DNA of 64,000 nt from NCBI GenBank assembly GCA_964405555.1, contig CAYOOB010000004.1, positions 10,165-74,164 of the forward strand, read 5' to 3'. This document shows positions 1 to 9,802 of this stretch, one piece after another (position 1 is the stretch's first letter; each line of letters opens with the position of its first letter). Under the pieces are notes generated by a model. That model did no database searches, was not told where the DNA came from, and saw nothing but the letters and a program-made list of their open reading frames with translations. A program made the translations under genes and the position numbers. This DNA comes from an uncultured Lachnospiraceae bacterium. Its GTDB lineage: Bacteria > Bacillota > Clostridia > Christensenellales > UBA1242.

Positions 1-527
1 TTATATTTTCAATTGTGTTTTCGATTGTGGGTAATCTATCGAATAATGTTAAACTCGACAAATTTGTTTCGTTCATACAATCAACTTTTAAATGGGTGAT
101 TGGACTTTGTTTTACAATCTTTTTAGGTTTTGTTAGCATTCAAGGGATAATGGCAGGTGCTGTTGACGGACTTTCAATAAGAACGGCAAAATATGCCATA
201 AAAAGTTATATTCCTATTGTTGGAAGTTATATTTCGGACGGACTGTCAATTATTATTGCAAGCAGTATGTTGATTAAAAATGCTGTGGGTGGGGTTGGAC
301 TTTTCTTATTACTTTCAATCATAATTTCGCCTGTGATTAATCTTGTGCTTTTTATATTGGCGTTGAAGTTTATGGCAGGAATTATTGAACCTCTTGGCGA
401 TAAAAAAATTGCTAACTTCATTAGCGATGTTTCTAAAAGTATGTCGCTTTTGGTGGCACTCTTGATTGCTGTGGCGTTTATGTATTTCGTTCTTACAGGA
501 CTTATTATGTGCAGTGCTAATTTATAA
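1..527 (+). CDS. spoIIIAE: Stage III sporulation protein AE, C-terminal part (5' end lies outside the window)
   Basis: The frame is open from the window edge. Polytopic membrane sequence (GAVDGLSIRTAKYAIKSYIPIVG..LIKNAVGGVG) is typical of SpoIIIAE, and spoIIIAF/AG/AH follow it. Confidence 0.8.
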   Translation, partial: IFSIVFSIVGNLSNNVKLDKFVSFIQSTFKWVIGLCFTIFLGFVSIQGIMAGAVDGLSIRTAKYAIKSYIPIVGSYISDGLSIIIASSMLIKNAVGGVGLFLLLSIIISPVINLVLFILALKFMAGIIEPLGDKKIANFISDVSKSMSLLVALLIAVAFMYFVLTGLIMCSANL

Positions 528-735
528 ATGGTGGTGGCATTGGTGGTGGCATTGCCACTTTCTATAGATATATTTGCATAAACTATGACCAATGGTGGCA
601 GTGCCACTTTCTATAGATATATAAGGCTAAGATTTGCATAAAGTTTGACCAATGGTGGCAGTGCCACTTTCTATAGATATATAAGGTTAAATTTGCATAA
701 AGGTTTGACCATTGGTGGCATTGCCACTTTCTATT
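528..735. repeat. Tandem repeat of ~60 bp, 3.5 copies, each carrying the palindrome GTGGCAnTGCCAC plus TTTGCATAAA
   Basis: Units lie at 528-590, 591-650, 651-710 and 711-735, e.g. AATGGTGGCAGTGCCACTTTCTATAGATATATAAGG..TTTGCATAAAGTTTGACC. The array starts directly after the spoIIIAE stop codon. Confidence 0.9.
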
Positions 736-816
736 AAACTGTTGAACTATTTTCTATTAAACTATTAAACTGCTGAACTATTAAATTATTAAACTGTTAA
801 TTAATAAAATGTTAAA
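731..816. repeat. Short degenerate tandem repeat (ATTAAACTGYTGAACT-like units)
   Basis: CTATTAAACTGTTGAACTA / TTAAACTGCTGAACTA / TTAAACTGTTAATTA are read directly from the sequence. Confidence 0.7.
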
Positions 817-916
817 TTTCAAGTGAATATCTATTTATCTGAACACTTATTTAACAACTATTTGGATTTTAGATATGGTTGTTAGTTTAAGATATCTTTA
901 TTAAAGGAGAAGTGAG

Positions 917-1414
917 ATGTCTGGAATTTCAGCATGGCTTCTTGGCATTGCAGGTGTGGTTATTTTGTCCGTGCTTGCTGAGTTGATTCTGCCAGAAGGT
1001 CAAATGAACAAATATATTAAAGTGATGTTCTCGTTCGTTATCCTTTTGGTTATTATCTCTCCGCTTCCAAGTTTGCTTGGTATGGAGTTTAGTTTTGAAA
1101 GCATTTTTGAAGGTAGTTCAACTGAACTGCAAGAGGACTATCTATATCAACTGAATTTAGACAAACTCACTGCTGTTAGCGAAGACCTAAGTGCCAGCAT
1201 CGAAGAGGTGGGGCTAAAAAATGTCCAAATCTCCATAAATGCAAATATTTTGTCTGATAACCTTGAAATTAAAAGTATTTATGTCGATTTGAGCGAAATT
1301 GAATATGACCAAAATTTCGTAAGTAAGAATATCGTAAGTGCAAAGACAACAATCACAGAAATTATTTCACAGTTTTCTTTGCTTCAAAATGTGGAGGTGA
1401 ATTTTAGTGAGTAA
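917..1414 (+). CDS. spoIIIAF: Stage III sporulation protein AF
   Basis: Two N-terminal TM helices (ELILPEG..KYIKV pattern), position between AE and AG, and an AAAGGAG SD before the ATG. Confidence 0.7.
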   Translation: MSGISAWLLGIAGVVILSVLAELILPEGQMNKYIKVMFSFVILLVIISPLPSLLGMEFSFESIFEGSSTELQEDYLYQLNLDKLTAVSEDLSASIEEVGLKNVQISINANILSDNLEIKSIYVDLSEIEYDQNFVSKNIVSAKTTITEIISQFSLLQNVEVNFSE

Positions 1415-1931
1415 CTTAAAAGTTTTCTGGAACAAATTTAAAAATATAAAACATATCCAAATTATTTGTGCAGTGGTGGTGGGAGTGGTGCTTGTGGTTG
1501 CTTATTATGCTCTTTGTTCTTCCTCTTCGTCCAGCAGTGACAATTCCAGCGATAATTCGACAGAAACATACTCTTCTGCTGAGGAATATGTGGACATACT
1601 TGAGAATAAGTTATGTAATGTATTGTCCAAGGTTTCTGGGGTGGAAGAGGTTAGCGTTGTTATCACTTTGGAGTGTGGTTTCACATACGAGTACGCAACC
1701 GACTCCGAAACTAACACTGTCATTTCGGGAGGAACAGAAACGACAATAACAACCGAAACGGTTATACTTGTTTCAGGTGAGCCTATCGTTGTCAAGCAAA
1801 ATTATCCAGTAATAAAGGGGGTGGTGATTGTTGCAAAAGGTGCCGAGAATTTTAGTGTAAAAATGAATTTGATATCTGCTGTCGAAACGGTTTTGCAGAT
1901 TGACCAAGACAAAATTATCATCTTATATTGA
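1407..1931 (+). CDS. spoIIIAG: Stage III sporulation protein AG
   Basis: The C-terminal motif VIKGVVIVAKGAENFSVKMNLISAVETVL is typical of SpoIIIAG. A GTG start overlaps the AF stop. Confidence 0.75.
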   Translation: MSNLKVFWNKFKNIKHIQIICAVVVGVVLVVAYYALCSSSSSSSDNSSDNSTETYSSAEEYVDILENKLCNVLSKVSGVEEVSVVITLECGFTYEYATDSETNTVISGGTETTITTETVILVSGEPIVVKQNYPVIKGVVIVAKGAENFSVKMNLISAVETVLQIDQDKIIILY

Positions 1932-1967
1932 TTAACATTTGCCATTATGGCATTAAAAGGGGTTTTT

Positions 1968-2438
1968 ATGAAAAAAAGAACAAAAATCATCATTCTCACT
2001 CTTATGATTGTGCTTTTGGGTGTGACAGGCTATTTGAACATAGTGCTAAACAATTCTGTTAGCGAAACAACAAGCACAACAACAACGTCAACAAGTTACT
2101 TCACTTCATATCGCACCGACAGAGAAAGCACTCGTGATCAAGAAATTTTGTATTACGATGCCATAATTGAAAGCGAATCTTCTTCGGAAGCGGCCATTGC
2201 AGCAGCGGAAGAGGCTAAACTTGAACTTATTGCCACAATGGAAAAAGAACTCACAGTTGAGGGATTGATTAAGGCTCAGGGGTTTAGCGATTGCATTATT
2301 GCTATTTCAGACACAAAAGTTAATGTGGTTGTGCAAGCAGAATCTCTTACAGAAACCGAAGTTGCTCAAATTGCAACCATTGTAACTGAACAATTAGGCA
2401 CAAGTTTGAAAAATATTGTGATAATGTGGGCAGAATAG
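1968..2438 (+). CDS. spoIIIAH: Stage III sporulation protein AH
   Basis: N-terminal TM helix, then a C-terminal E..IKAQGFSDCIIAISDTKVNVVV pattern (YscJ/FliF-like fold of SpoIIIAH). I prefer the ATG at 1968 with an AAAGGGG SD over the ORF-track start at 1947. Confidence 0.7.
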   Translation: MKKRTKIIILTLMIVLLGVTGYLNIVLNNSVSETTSTTTTSTSYFTSYRTDRESTRDQEILYYDAIIESESSSEAAIAAAEEAKLELIATMEKELTVEGLIKAQGFSDCIIAISDTKVNVVVQAESLTETEVAQIATIVTEQLGTSLKNIVIMWAE

Positions 2439-2495
2439 TTTGCAAAATTAAATACATTGTGATAAAATGTTTAAAGAAAACATAAGGAGAATTTT

Positions 2496-2861
2496 ATGGC
2501 AGTAAAAAACCAAGAAGGCAGTGGAAAAATCACCTTAGACCGCAAAATTTTGGTTTCTATTATCAATTTGGCATCAAAGGAAATAAGCGGTGTGGAAAGT
2601 GTCACAAACTCTGCAAGACCGTGGTTCAAAAAACTTTTCAAGCGCTATGATGACGGTGTGGAAATTAAATTCGAGAAAAACGGTGCTTTAACGGTGGATG
2701 TGTATATCAATGTGTATGTGGATTGCAACGTGCCAGATGTGGCATATCGTGTGCAAGAGAATATAAGAAATGCTCTCTCCACAATGGTGGCTTTAAAACC
2801 GCTGAAAATAAACATCCACGTGAACGATGTCGATTGCGATTTAGAGGTTCAAAATGCGTAA
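2496..2861 (+). CDS. Asp23/Gls24-family alkaline shock protein
   Basis: The size and the N-terminal I..IA..A..E..GV pattern fit the family. It occupies the same position as yqhY between spoIIIAH and nusB in B. subtilis. Confidence 0.7.
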   Translation: MAVKNQEGSGKITLDRKILVSIINLASKEISGVESVTNSARPWFKKLFKRYDDGVEIKFEKNGALTVDVYINVYVDCNVPDVAYRVQENIRNALSTMVALKPLKINIHVNDVDCDLEVQNA

Positions 2862-3240
2862 AGATGCCCGTGTGAATGCGTTTATTCTTATCTTTGAAGG
2901 ACTATTTCACGAAACTGATGAAAATCTTTCAAAAGAGAACCTCACTGAGTTGAAAAAGGAAGAGGACAAGCAGTTTTTTGAGAAAATTATGTCCTCTTTT
3001 AAACAACACAAGGAAGAATTAAAACAGCAAATTAAAGAACACCTAAAAAATTTTGAGTTTGACAGGCTTTTCAAGATAGATTTGGCACTTGTCTTTTTGG
3101 CACTCACAGAAATTGAGTTTTGTGAAACTCCAAAGGCGGTTGCCATAAACGAAATTTTAGAACTTGCCAAAAAATACAGCACCGAAAAATCACATAAGTT
3201 CATAAATGGTTTAATTTCTGCCATAATAAACGAAAAATGA
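2854..3240 (+). CDS. nusB: Transcription antitermination factor NusB
   Basis: The C-terminal motif AINEILELAKKYSTEKSHKFINGLI matches the NusB signature. Confidence 0.85.
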   Translation: MRKDARVNAFILIFEGLFHETDENLSKENLTELKKEEDKQFFEKIMSSFKQHKEELKQQIKEHLKNFEFDRLFKIDLALVFLALTEIEFCETPKAVAINEILELAKKYSTEKSHKFINGLISAIINEK

Positions 3241-4418
3241 CGAACTACACTCTTTCAGTCACAAAATTTAATAGCATTGTCAGAGATATTTTCAATGCAG
3301 AAGAACTTCTCCACGGCGTAAAAATTGTTGGAGAAGTTTTTGGCGTTTCATCAGCAAGGGGAGTTATCTATTTTTCTATTAAAGACGAAGAAAGCACTCT
3401 GCCTTGCGTTTGTTTTTATGCTGATTTTGCTGAATATCTCAAAGAGGGAGAGCAAGTTGTTGTGACTGGTTCGCCAAATTATTATGTGAAAGGTGGACGG
3501 TTTAATTTTAATGTTTCAAAAGTGGAACCTTATGGGCAGGGTGTGTTGTTTCAAAGGTTTTTAGAACTTAAAAATAAATTAGAAAAAGAGGGGCTTTTTG
3601 ATGTAAGCCACAAGAAACCATTGCCAAAAACAGTTAAGCGTGTGGGAGTTGTCACTTCTCGTGATGGGGCGGTTATTCAGGATATCAAAAACGTGACATG
3701 GAGGCGAAATCCATCCATTGATATCGTGTTATATAACACAAAAGTGCAGGGCAAAAATGCCGAAGAAGAAATTGCACAAGGCATAGATTTCTTTTCTGAT
3801 TATGATGCCGTGGATGTTGTGATTGTGGCAAGAGGTGGCGGAAGTTTGGAAGATTTGTCGGCATATAACACCGAAGTTGTGGCAAGAGCAACATATAACT
3901 GCCAAAAACCAATCATATCGGCGGTTGGACATGAAACAGATTTCACTATTATCGATTTTGTAAGCGACCTCCGTGCACCAACACCAAGTGCTGCCGCAGA
4001 ACTCGTATCTCATGACACCAGCAATTTATTGATCTCTTTAAGAAAGGACATAAATCGTCTTTCAAGGTTGATTGAAACTTTCATTGCCGATAAAAACTTG
4101 CAGTTTCAAGGTACCAAAAATCTTTTATGGGGATTGGCAGAAAGTTACATCGAAGAGAAAAAAATAAGTTTTAAAAGATTACTTGAAAATCTCTCAATAA
4201 AAATCAACACCATTGCAACGGAGAAAAATTTTTCATTAAAACTTAAAATATCCGAACTTTCTAAGCATAATCCACTTGACATCTTGCGTTTGGGTTATGC
4301 TAAAATAGAACAACAAGGCAAAACAATAGGCACAAGCAGAGAATTAGATTTATCAAAACCTATTGAAATTAATTTTGTGGACGGAAGAATTGATGTTGTC
4401 CCTTCACAGGAAGATTAG
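3237..4418 (+). CDS. xseA: Exodeoxyribonuclease VII large subunit
   Basis: OB-fold N-terminus, then the GVVTS..GA..DI and ARGGGS.EDL motifs. An ATGA overlap links it to nusB. Confidence 0.9.
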   Translation: MTNYTLSVTKFNSIVRDIFNAEELLHGVKIVGEVFGVSSARGVIYFSIKDEESTLPCVCFYADFAEYLKEGEQVVVTGSPNYYVKGGRFNFNVSKVEPYGQGVLFQRFLELKNKLEKEGLFDVSHKKPLPKTVKRVGVVTSRDGAVIQDIKNVTWRRNPSIDIVLYNTKVQGKNAEEEIAQGIDFFSDYDAVDVVIVARGGGSLEDLSAYNTEVVARATYNCQKPIISAVGHETDFTIIDFVSDLRAPTPSAAAELVSHDTSNLLISLRKDINRLSRLIETFIADKNLQFQGTKNLLWGLAESYIEEKKISFKRLLENLSIKINTIATEKNFSLKLKISELSKHNPLDILRLGYAKIEQQGKTIGTSRELDLSKPIEINFVDGRIDVVPSQED

Positions 4419-4456
4419 TGAAAAATATTCAAAAATTAGCGAAATAATAACAAATT

Positions 4457-4518
4457 AATAGATGGAATAAAAAGAATAGATGGTATAATAGATGGAATGA
4501 TAGATGGAATGATAGATT
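4457..4518. repeat. Tandem ATAGATGGAAT-like repeat (about 5 units) in the xseA-xseB spacer
   Basis: AATAGATGGAAT..ATAGATGGTAT..ATAGATGGAATG ATAGATGGAATG ATAGATT is read directly. Confidence 0.8.
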
Positions 4519-4646
4519 AAAAAATAAGGATAAATCGGCATAATAATATTTTGCAGGTAAGATTAGAGAAAAATTGTCAACATAAAAATCGGCAATAAAG
4601 AATTAAAAAGAACTGAAAATGTTAAAGATTAAGCAGGGAGGCAAAC

Positions 4647-4850
4647 ATGAACTACGAAGAAAGCATTAAAGAAATGGAAGAAATTATTGAGAAGTTAGAT
4701 AAAGGAAATTTGCCCTTAAAAGAGGCAAAAGAACTTTTTGAAAGGGCAAGCGTGCTTGCCAAGTTTTCGCAGGAAGAACTTTCAAAAACCACAGGTAAAC
4801 TTTTTGAGATAAAAAAAGAATTGGATGAAATAAGGGAGGAAGAGGTATGA
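4647..4850 (+). CDS. xseB: Exodeoxyribonuclease VII small subunit
   Basis: 67 aa with the typical N-terminus (E.L.ELE.IV..LE.G.L.LEE). Confidence 0.85.
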   Translation: MNYEESIKEMEEIIEKLDKGNLPLKEAKELFERASVLAKFSQEELSKTTGKLFEIKKELDEIREEEV

Positions 4851-6586
4851 AACTTTCAAAACTAATCGGAGAAAGGTTGAAAGAAAATCCAAGTGGGGCA
4901 AGTCTTAAAAGCCACATATTACTTTTGCGTGCAGGCTACATAAAACAGGTTAGTGCAGGTATTTTCTCGCTACTTCCACCAGCACAAAGGGTTAGTTTAA
5001 AAATTCAAAACATAATCAGAGAGGAAATGGATGCTATTGGTGGTCAAGAGGTGCTCTTCCCTGTGGTTATGCCACGAGAACTTTGGGAAATGTCTGGCAG
5101 ATATTCTTCAATTCAGGGCGAACTTGTGCGTTTTAAAGACCGAACAGGTCACGATATGGTGCTTGGTATGACACACGAAGAAGCATCTGTTCAGATGGCA
5201 CTAAACACAATCAAAAGTCATGACCAACTTCCATTTATGATTTATCAAATTCAAACAAAATTTAGAGATGAGGCACGTCCACGTGGAGGGCTTGTTCGTG
5301 TGAGAGAATTCACGATGAAAGATGCCTATTCTTTTCATATAAGCCAAGAAGATTTGGAGCAATACTATCAAAAAGTTTTTGATGCTTATGTTAGAATTTA
5401 CAAACGCATTGGTTTTAAAAAATTCATATCAGTTAAAAGCGACACAGGTATGATGGGTGGAAAGGTTGCTGACGAATTTATGGCAGTCACGGATGCTGGC
5501 GAGGACCGCTTGGTGATTTGTCCTCATTGCAACTATGCCAGCAACATGGAAGTTGCCGTTTCAATCAAAAAAGCAAACGATAACTTTGTTGCAGGAGAAA
5601 TGGAAGAGGTTTTCACAGGAAATGCTCACACCATTGAAGAAATTTGTGCGTTTATGGAAGTTGATGCCTCGCACACAGCAAAGGCGGTTTGTTATAAAAC
5701 ACAAACTGATGGAAAATTGGTGGTGGCATTTATCCGTGGAGATTATGAAGTTAATGAAATCAAACTGAAAAAGTTTGTCCAATCCGAACTTTTGCCAGCG
5801 GATGTTGAAGAATTTGGTTTGCAGGCGGGTAACATTGGTTGTGTGAACTTGAAAGTTCCAGAGGGGACTTATGTTTTCTATGACGAAACGCTTAAAGGAC
5901 TCGAAAATTTTGTTACTGGGGCAAACAAAAAAGATTTTCATATTAAGAATGTCAGTGCTTCAAGAGATTTGAATGGTGTGAACTTTGTGGACATATCATT
6001 TGTGAAAGTTGGTGATTGTTGCACTTGTTGTGGAAGTCGTTTAAATTTAACACGTGGTATTGAAATTGGAAATATCTTTCAACTTGGCACAAAATACACG
6101 AAGAGTATGGGCATGAAGGTTACAATGCCAGACGGAACGGCAAGAGAACCAATTATGGGTTGTTATGGAATTGGTGTTGGGCGAAGTTTGGCAAGTATAA
6201 TCGAGGAAAAGGCAGACGAAAAAGGTCTTGTTTGGCCAATGACTATTGCACCTTGGCAAGTTCATCTTTGTCCGTTGAGGTTGGATAACGAAAATGTAAG
6301 TGCCATTGCGGATGAGGTTTACAAAAACATGAAAAATGCTGGCATTGAAGTGCTTTATGACGACCGTGTTTTATCCGCTGGTGTAAAACTTACCGACAGC
6401 GAACTTATGGGCGTGCCAATTAGAGTTGTCATCAGTCCAAAAACTATGGCTAACGGTCAGGTTGAGGTTACATTGCGTGAAACAGGAGAACAATTATTCA
6501 TACCTATTGCCGAACTCATAAGCGAACTTAAGGTTATGATTAAGGATGAAATTGACGAGATTGAAAACTATGCCAAAACAAAGTAG
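4847..6586 (+). CDS. proS: Prolyl-tRNA synthetase (bacterial type)
   Basis: The N-terminal LKE.P..A...SH.LLLRAGYI motif and class II motifs are present. Its start overlaps the xseB stop (ATGA). Confidence 0.95.
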   Translation: MKLSKLIGERLKENPSGASLKSHILLLRAGYIKQVSAGIFSLLPPAQRVSLKIQNIIREEMDAIGGQEVLFPVVMPRELWEMSGRYSSIQGELVRFKDRTGHDMVLGMTHEEASVQMALNTIKSHDQLPFMIYQIQTKFRDEARPRGGLVRVREFTMKDAYSFHISQEDLEQYYQKVFDAYVRIYKRIGFKKFISVKSDTGMMGGKVADEFMAVTDAGEDRLVICPHCNYASNMEVAVSIKKANDNFVAGEMEEVFTGNAHTIEEICAFMEVDASHTAKAVCYKTQTDGKLVVAFIRGDYEVNEIKLKKFVQSELLPADVEEFGLQAGNIGCVNLKVPEGTYVFYDETLKGLENFVTGANKKDFHIKNVSASRDLNGVNFVDISFVKVGDCCTCCGSRLNLTRGIEIGNIFQLGTKYTKSMGMKVTMPDGTAREPIMGCYGIGVGRSLASIIEEKADEKGLVWPMTIAPWQVHLCPLRLDNENVSAIADEVYKNMKNAGIEVLYDDRVLSAGVKLTDSELMGVPIRVVISPKTMANGQVEVTLRETGEQLFIPIAELISELKVMIKDEIDEIENYAKTK

Positions 6587-6631
6587 ACTTTGAAATTAAG
6601 TTTAATGTTAAATATTTACTAATTAAACAAG

Positions 6632-6663
6632 AGTTGTGGAATAATTTTTTCGCAACTTTTTTC
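6632..6663 (+). terminator. Rho-independent terminator after proS
   Basis: Stem AGTTGTG / CGCAACT (one G-U pair) followed by TTTTTT. Confidence 0.5.
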
Positions 6664-6851
6664 TTGTTGAACTTCTTTTATCTCACCAAAATATGTTGAT
6701 GTTTTAGATTTTTAATAAAAATATAGTGAAAGTTTTAATCTTAAAATTTATCTTTATAACTTGTTTGAATACTTTAAATACTTTGTAAGCTTTTAATTTA
6801 AATACTTCGTCAAGCCACTTTGTAAAGCTTTAACAAGTTTTAAGTTGCATA

Positions 6852-6879
6852 TTGACTTTTTGAAAATTTGTGATATAAT
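6852..6879 (+). promoter_or_regulatory. Near-consensus sigma-A promoter for the giant ORF
   Basis: TTGACT, a 16 nt spacer, then TGaTATAAT (extended -10). Confidence 0.7.
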
Positions 6880-6937
6880 ATTCATTGTTAAAAAACAAAT
6901 TCAAAATGTTATAAAACAAGATATAGAGGAGTTAAGA

Positions 6938-9541
6938 TTGGAAAAGAAATTAAAGCCAGAAGAAGTTGAAGTGTTATTAGAAGAGGATGAAATTGCCAGA
7001 GAGTTAGCACTCAATTTAGCGGGGTATTTTAAAGAACATTTTTATCTTACAGAATCAGAAATAAAGAAGAAAATTCAAGATATTTTTTCTCGTGAAAATT
7101 TGAGAGTTGCCGAACAAATATCTGAGGTTGTTCAGCAGTTTGCATATATCGAAATTCCAGAGAATAACCAGAAACTTGACGATACACAAAACTATGACTG
7201 CAAACGCTTTGCACGCAACGCAATCAACAAAATATTAGAAATATATTTGAAAGATGACGAACAAATTGAATCGGAAGTTTTTAAGATTCTGGAGGAAGCA
7301 AAAGAACAATTTAAAATCAATGTTATGTCGGTGGCATATAAGGGTGTTTTTAGGCTTTTAACCAGAGAACGTTATAAAGATTTCCTTTCTTCTCTTGATG
7401 TAATTGAAGAAGCAGGTTTTAGTTTAGAAAATGAAGAAGTTAAAGGAATGATTGAAAAGTGTTCTTCTTTGCTTTATAGAGCAAACACCGAAAAAATTAG
7501 AGATACATTGGAATACCTAAAAGCATTTTCAAAAGATGAAAATGGAAACTTTGTTTTGGATGTAAAGAATATTATAAAGTGTGCACCAAGTGTTTTGTTG
7601 AGGTCTGCCGACCAAATTAATGAAACCGTATGCTTTTTGGAAAGTAATTTCAGCCGAAAAGATATTGTGGAATATGTGAAAAATTATCCATCAATCTTAG
7701 CAACAAGTCCAAACACGGTCACCAAATTCGAAAATGCTTTGGAAGCGGGCATTAGAAAAATTTGCGAACTTAATGGAGTGGAAGCAAATGACGATGTGAA
7801 AGAGGAAGTTCAAAATACTTGTCGAAAGTTGGACAGAATGATAACTATAACAGGATTTTCTGCAGACCAGATGCGAATTATTGCTCAACTGCCAGAGATT
7901 TTCCAGAAGCATAACATTCATCCAGATAAAGCTATTGAAAAAATGTTGGATATAAATTTCCTTTCAAAGTTCAATAAAGAAAAATTTAACACACTTATTT
8001 TTGATGCACTTTTATTGAAACTTGAAATTGAATCAGAAAAAACTGGCACCAACTATATACAACAATTCTTTAATAATCCAAATTCAATATTCAACTTTGA
8101 AGATAAGAAAGAAGCAAAACCTAAAAGCGAAAAATCACTTTCCAAACCAAGAAACAGAAGATATAGCACTCCAACTGAGATTGATTGTGGGCTTTCGGCG
8201 GATGAGGCAGAGAATGAATTTAATACCTTGCCAGAGAGTATGAAGAAAAAAGTGGAAGAGTTGTTTGATAACTTGAAAGAAAACAACGAAAACTCACAAG
8301 AAGGTGAAGGATATTTCACAAAACTACTAATTATTTCTGCAATGAACGAGTTGGATAAAAAGGAGTATGAACATCCTTTTCTTGCAATTATCGATCGTAT
8401 TGAAACAGCATTTGATATCAAGTATGGAAAGGGTTACGCCGAAAAAAAATATTTTACGAGTTCAATGAAGAAAATGTTTGAAAAGCATCTTCAAAACATG
8501 AGTGAAGTTCCAAGTTTAGAGGAAGTTAAGGATGCTATTGCAAAAATAAAATATACCATAGACTATTGCACTGAATTAGCCGAAAAAGGATATACCGACA
8601 AAAAACTTATCAACCAAAAAGGCAAAGAGAATGGTGTTGTAAGTTATCTTTCTGGTGCATTGCAAATTGCTGAAAAATTAGGAGAAATAAGAAAATCAGA
8701 AATAAAAATATTCTATGATGAAGTAAAAGAATTCTTGTGTTATAAGTCGAAAGATGGAATGGAAAGTTTACAAACTTGCACTTACTTAATGGTTGATGGG
8801 TTGATGTTAAACTACATTTTTTATCCTATGGTTGAAGTTCGTACAGAATTTTCAGACCAAGAAATACAAGCAATTCTTCCAGAAAATTTGGTTAAAGAAT
8901 ATAGTCATCAAGAATTCACAACAAAGGAATTTATGATGGCGGTGGAACCACTTTTTGAAGTTGTAAATAATAATAGTAAAAAACTTTTTATTAAGATGAA
9001 AACATGGCATAAAAATATTGAAGAAGCACAAGATTCAACAAACAACATCTTAGAAAAAGAAACCTTGAACAACCAAATAAAAAAATACAACAGAATGGTG
9101 GATGAATATAAGGATTTACAAAATAAAGTGATTTGTAAAATACAGCTTTATCTTTGTCCTAAAAATAGGTTTAAGGAAACATTTGATGGGCAATTATGTT
9201 ATGTTAAAAATGCATCAAAAAATGGTATAAAAGTCGAAGATGGTTTGTATTATTTTAGAAGAAAAGGAAAAATTGCGCTCTATTTTCCTGTAAACAATAT
9301 CGACGAAAAGGAAATGGATGAACTTGGAATTAAATCTTATGAAGAGGTTGTGAACAAAGGTGAACTTCCTGATTTAACCTCATATACCACCATCATAAAA
9401 CTAACACCAGAAGTGTTTGCCTCTAAAATTTTAGAGGAAAAAGTTGTTCCTATTGCTTACAGTCTTTTTAATCCAACCAAAAATGTTGATGGAGATAATG
9501 GTCAAGGTTCCGGTACATCATTAACTAAACAAAAACAATAA
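6938..9541 (+). CDS. Large (~867 aa) acidic/lysine-rich hypothetical protein with mTERF-like helical repeats in its N-terminal third
   Basis: A long ORF with its own promoter and terminator. I prefer the TTG at 6938, which has an AGAGGAG SD 6 nt upstream; the ORF-track start at 6845 lies inside the promoter. See the findings for the repeat pattern. Confidence 0.75.
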   Translation: MEKKLKPEEVEVLLEEDEIARELALNLAGYFKEHFYLTESEIKKKIQDIFSRENLRVAEQISEVVQQFAYIEIPENNQKLDDTQNYDCKRFARNAINKILEIYLKDDEQIESEVFKILEEAKEQFKINVMSVAYKGVFRLLTRERYKDFLSSLDVIEEAGFSLENEEVKGMIEKCSSLLYRANTEKIRDTLEYLKAFSKDENGNFVLDVKNIIKCAPSVLLRSADQINETVCFLESNFSRKDIVEYVKNYPSILATSPNTVTKFENALEAGIRKICELNGVEANDDVKEEVQNTCRKLDRMITITGFSADQMRIIAQLPEIFQKHNIHPDKAIEKMLDINFLSKFNKEKFNTLIFDALLLKLEIESEKTGTNYIQQFFNNPNSIFNFEDKKEAKPKSEKSLSKPRNRRYSTPTEIDCGLSADEAENEFNTLPESMKKKVEELFDNLKENNENSQEGEGYFTKLLIISAMNELDKKEYEHPFLAIIDRIETAFDIKYGKGYAEKKYFTSSMKKMFEKHLQNMSEVPSLEEVKDAIAKIKYTIDYCTELAEKGYTDKKLINQKGKENGVVSYLSGALQIAEKLGEIRKSEIKIFYDEVKEFLCYKSKDGMESLQTCTYLMVDGLMLNYIFYPMVEVRTEFSDQEIQAILPENLVKEYSHQEFTTKEFMMAVEPLFEVVNNNSKKLFIKMKTWHKNIEEAQDSTNNILEKETLNNQIKKYNRMVDEYKDLQNKVICKIQLYLCPKNRFKETFDGQLCYVKNASKNGIKVEDGLYYFRRKGKIALYFPVNNIDEKEMDELGIKSYEEVVNKGELPDLTSYTTIIKLTPEVFASKILEEKVVPIAYSLFNPTKNVDGDNGQGSGTSLTKQKQ

Positions 9542-9802
9542 CAAATAACCAACACAAAATCTATATCAAATCATAAAATCACATTAAAACAAAATAAAAT
9601 TGAATAAACAATTAAATCGGTATTGATTAATTAACATTCAATTTGCTTTTAAACCAAATTAAAATCATAAACTAAATATCGCAATTAAATTAAAGTCATA
9701 AGCTAAATTATCATCAAATAATTCAAAATAAGCAAAATTATTTAACCTAAAACAAAAAATTAATTTAACGCATTAAGCGAAATAAATAAAAATCAGCAAG
9801 AA

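Noticed and set aside
227-607. A 126 aa ORF on the - strand overlapping spoIIIAE and the tandem repeat
   Set aside because: It is antisense to a well-supported membrane protein gene, runs into repeat DNA, and has no SD or recognisable motif. It is a shadow ORF. The same reasoning applies to the other antisense ORFs in the track, including 14174-14683, 20911-21441, 23641-24093, 25105-25605, 38588-39022, 43379-43627, 53223-53606 and 59075-59754.
595-607. Resemblance of TGGCA..TGCCA to a sigma-54 -24/-12 promoter
   Set aside because: A sigma-54 promoter needs TGGCAC-N5-TTGCW. Here the second element is the inverted TGCCAC with 1 nt spacing, so this is a palindrome and not a -24/-12 promoter.
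528-735. A possible CRISPR array
   Set aside because: The whole ~60 bp unit is repeated, there are no unique spacers between conserved repeats, and there are no cas genes. It is a plain tandem repeat.
4538-4555. GCATAATAATATTTTGC as a tenth member of the palindrome family
   Set aside because: It shares only the GCATAATA arm, is shorter and lacks the ACAC/GTGT core. It is too weak to count.
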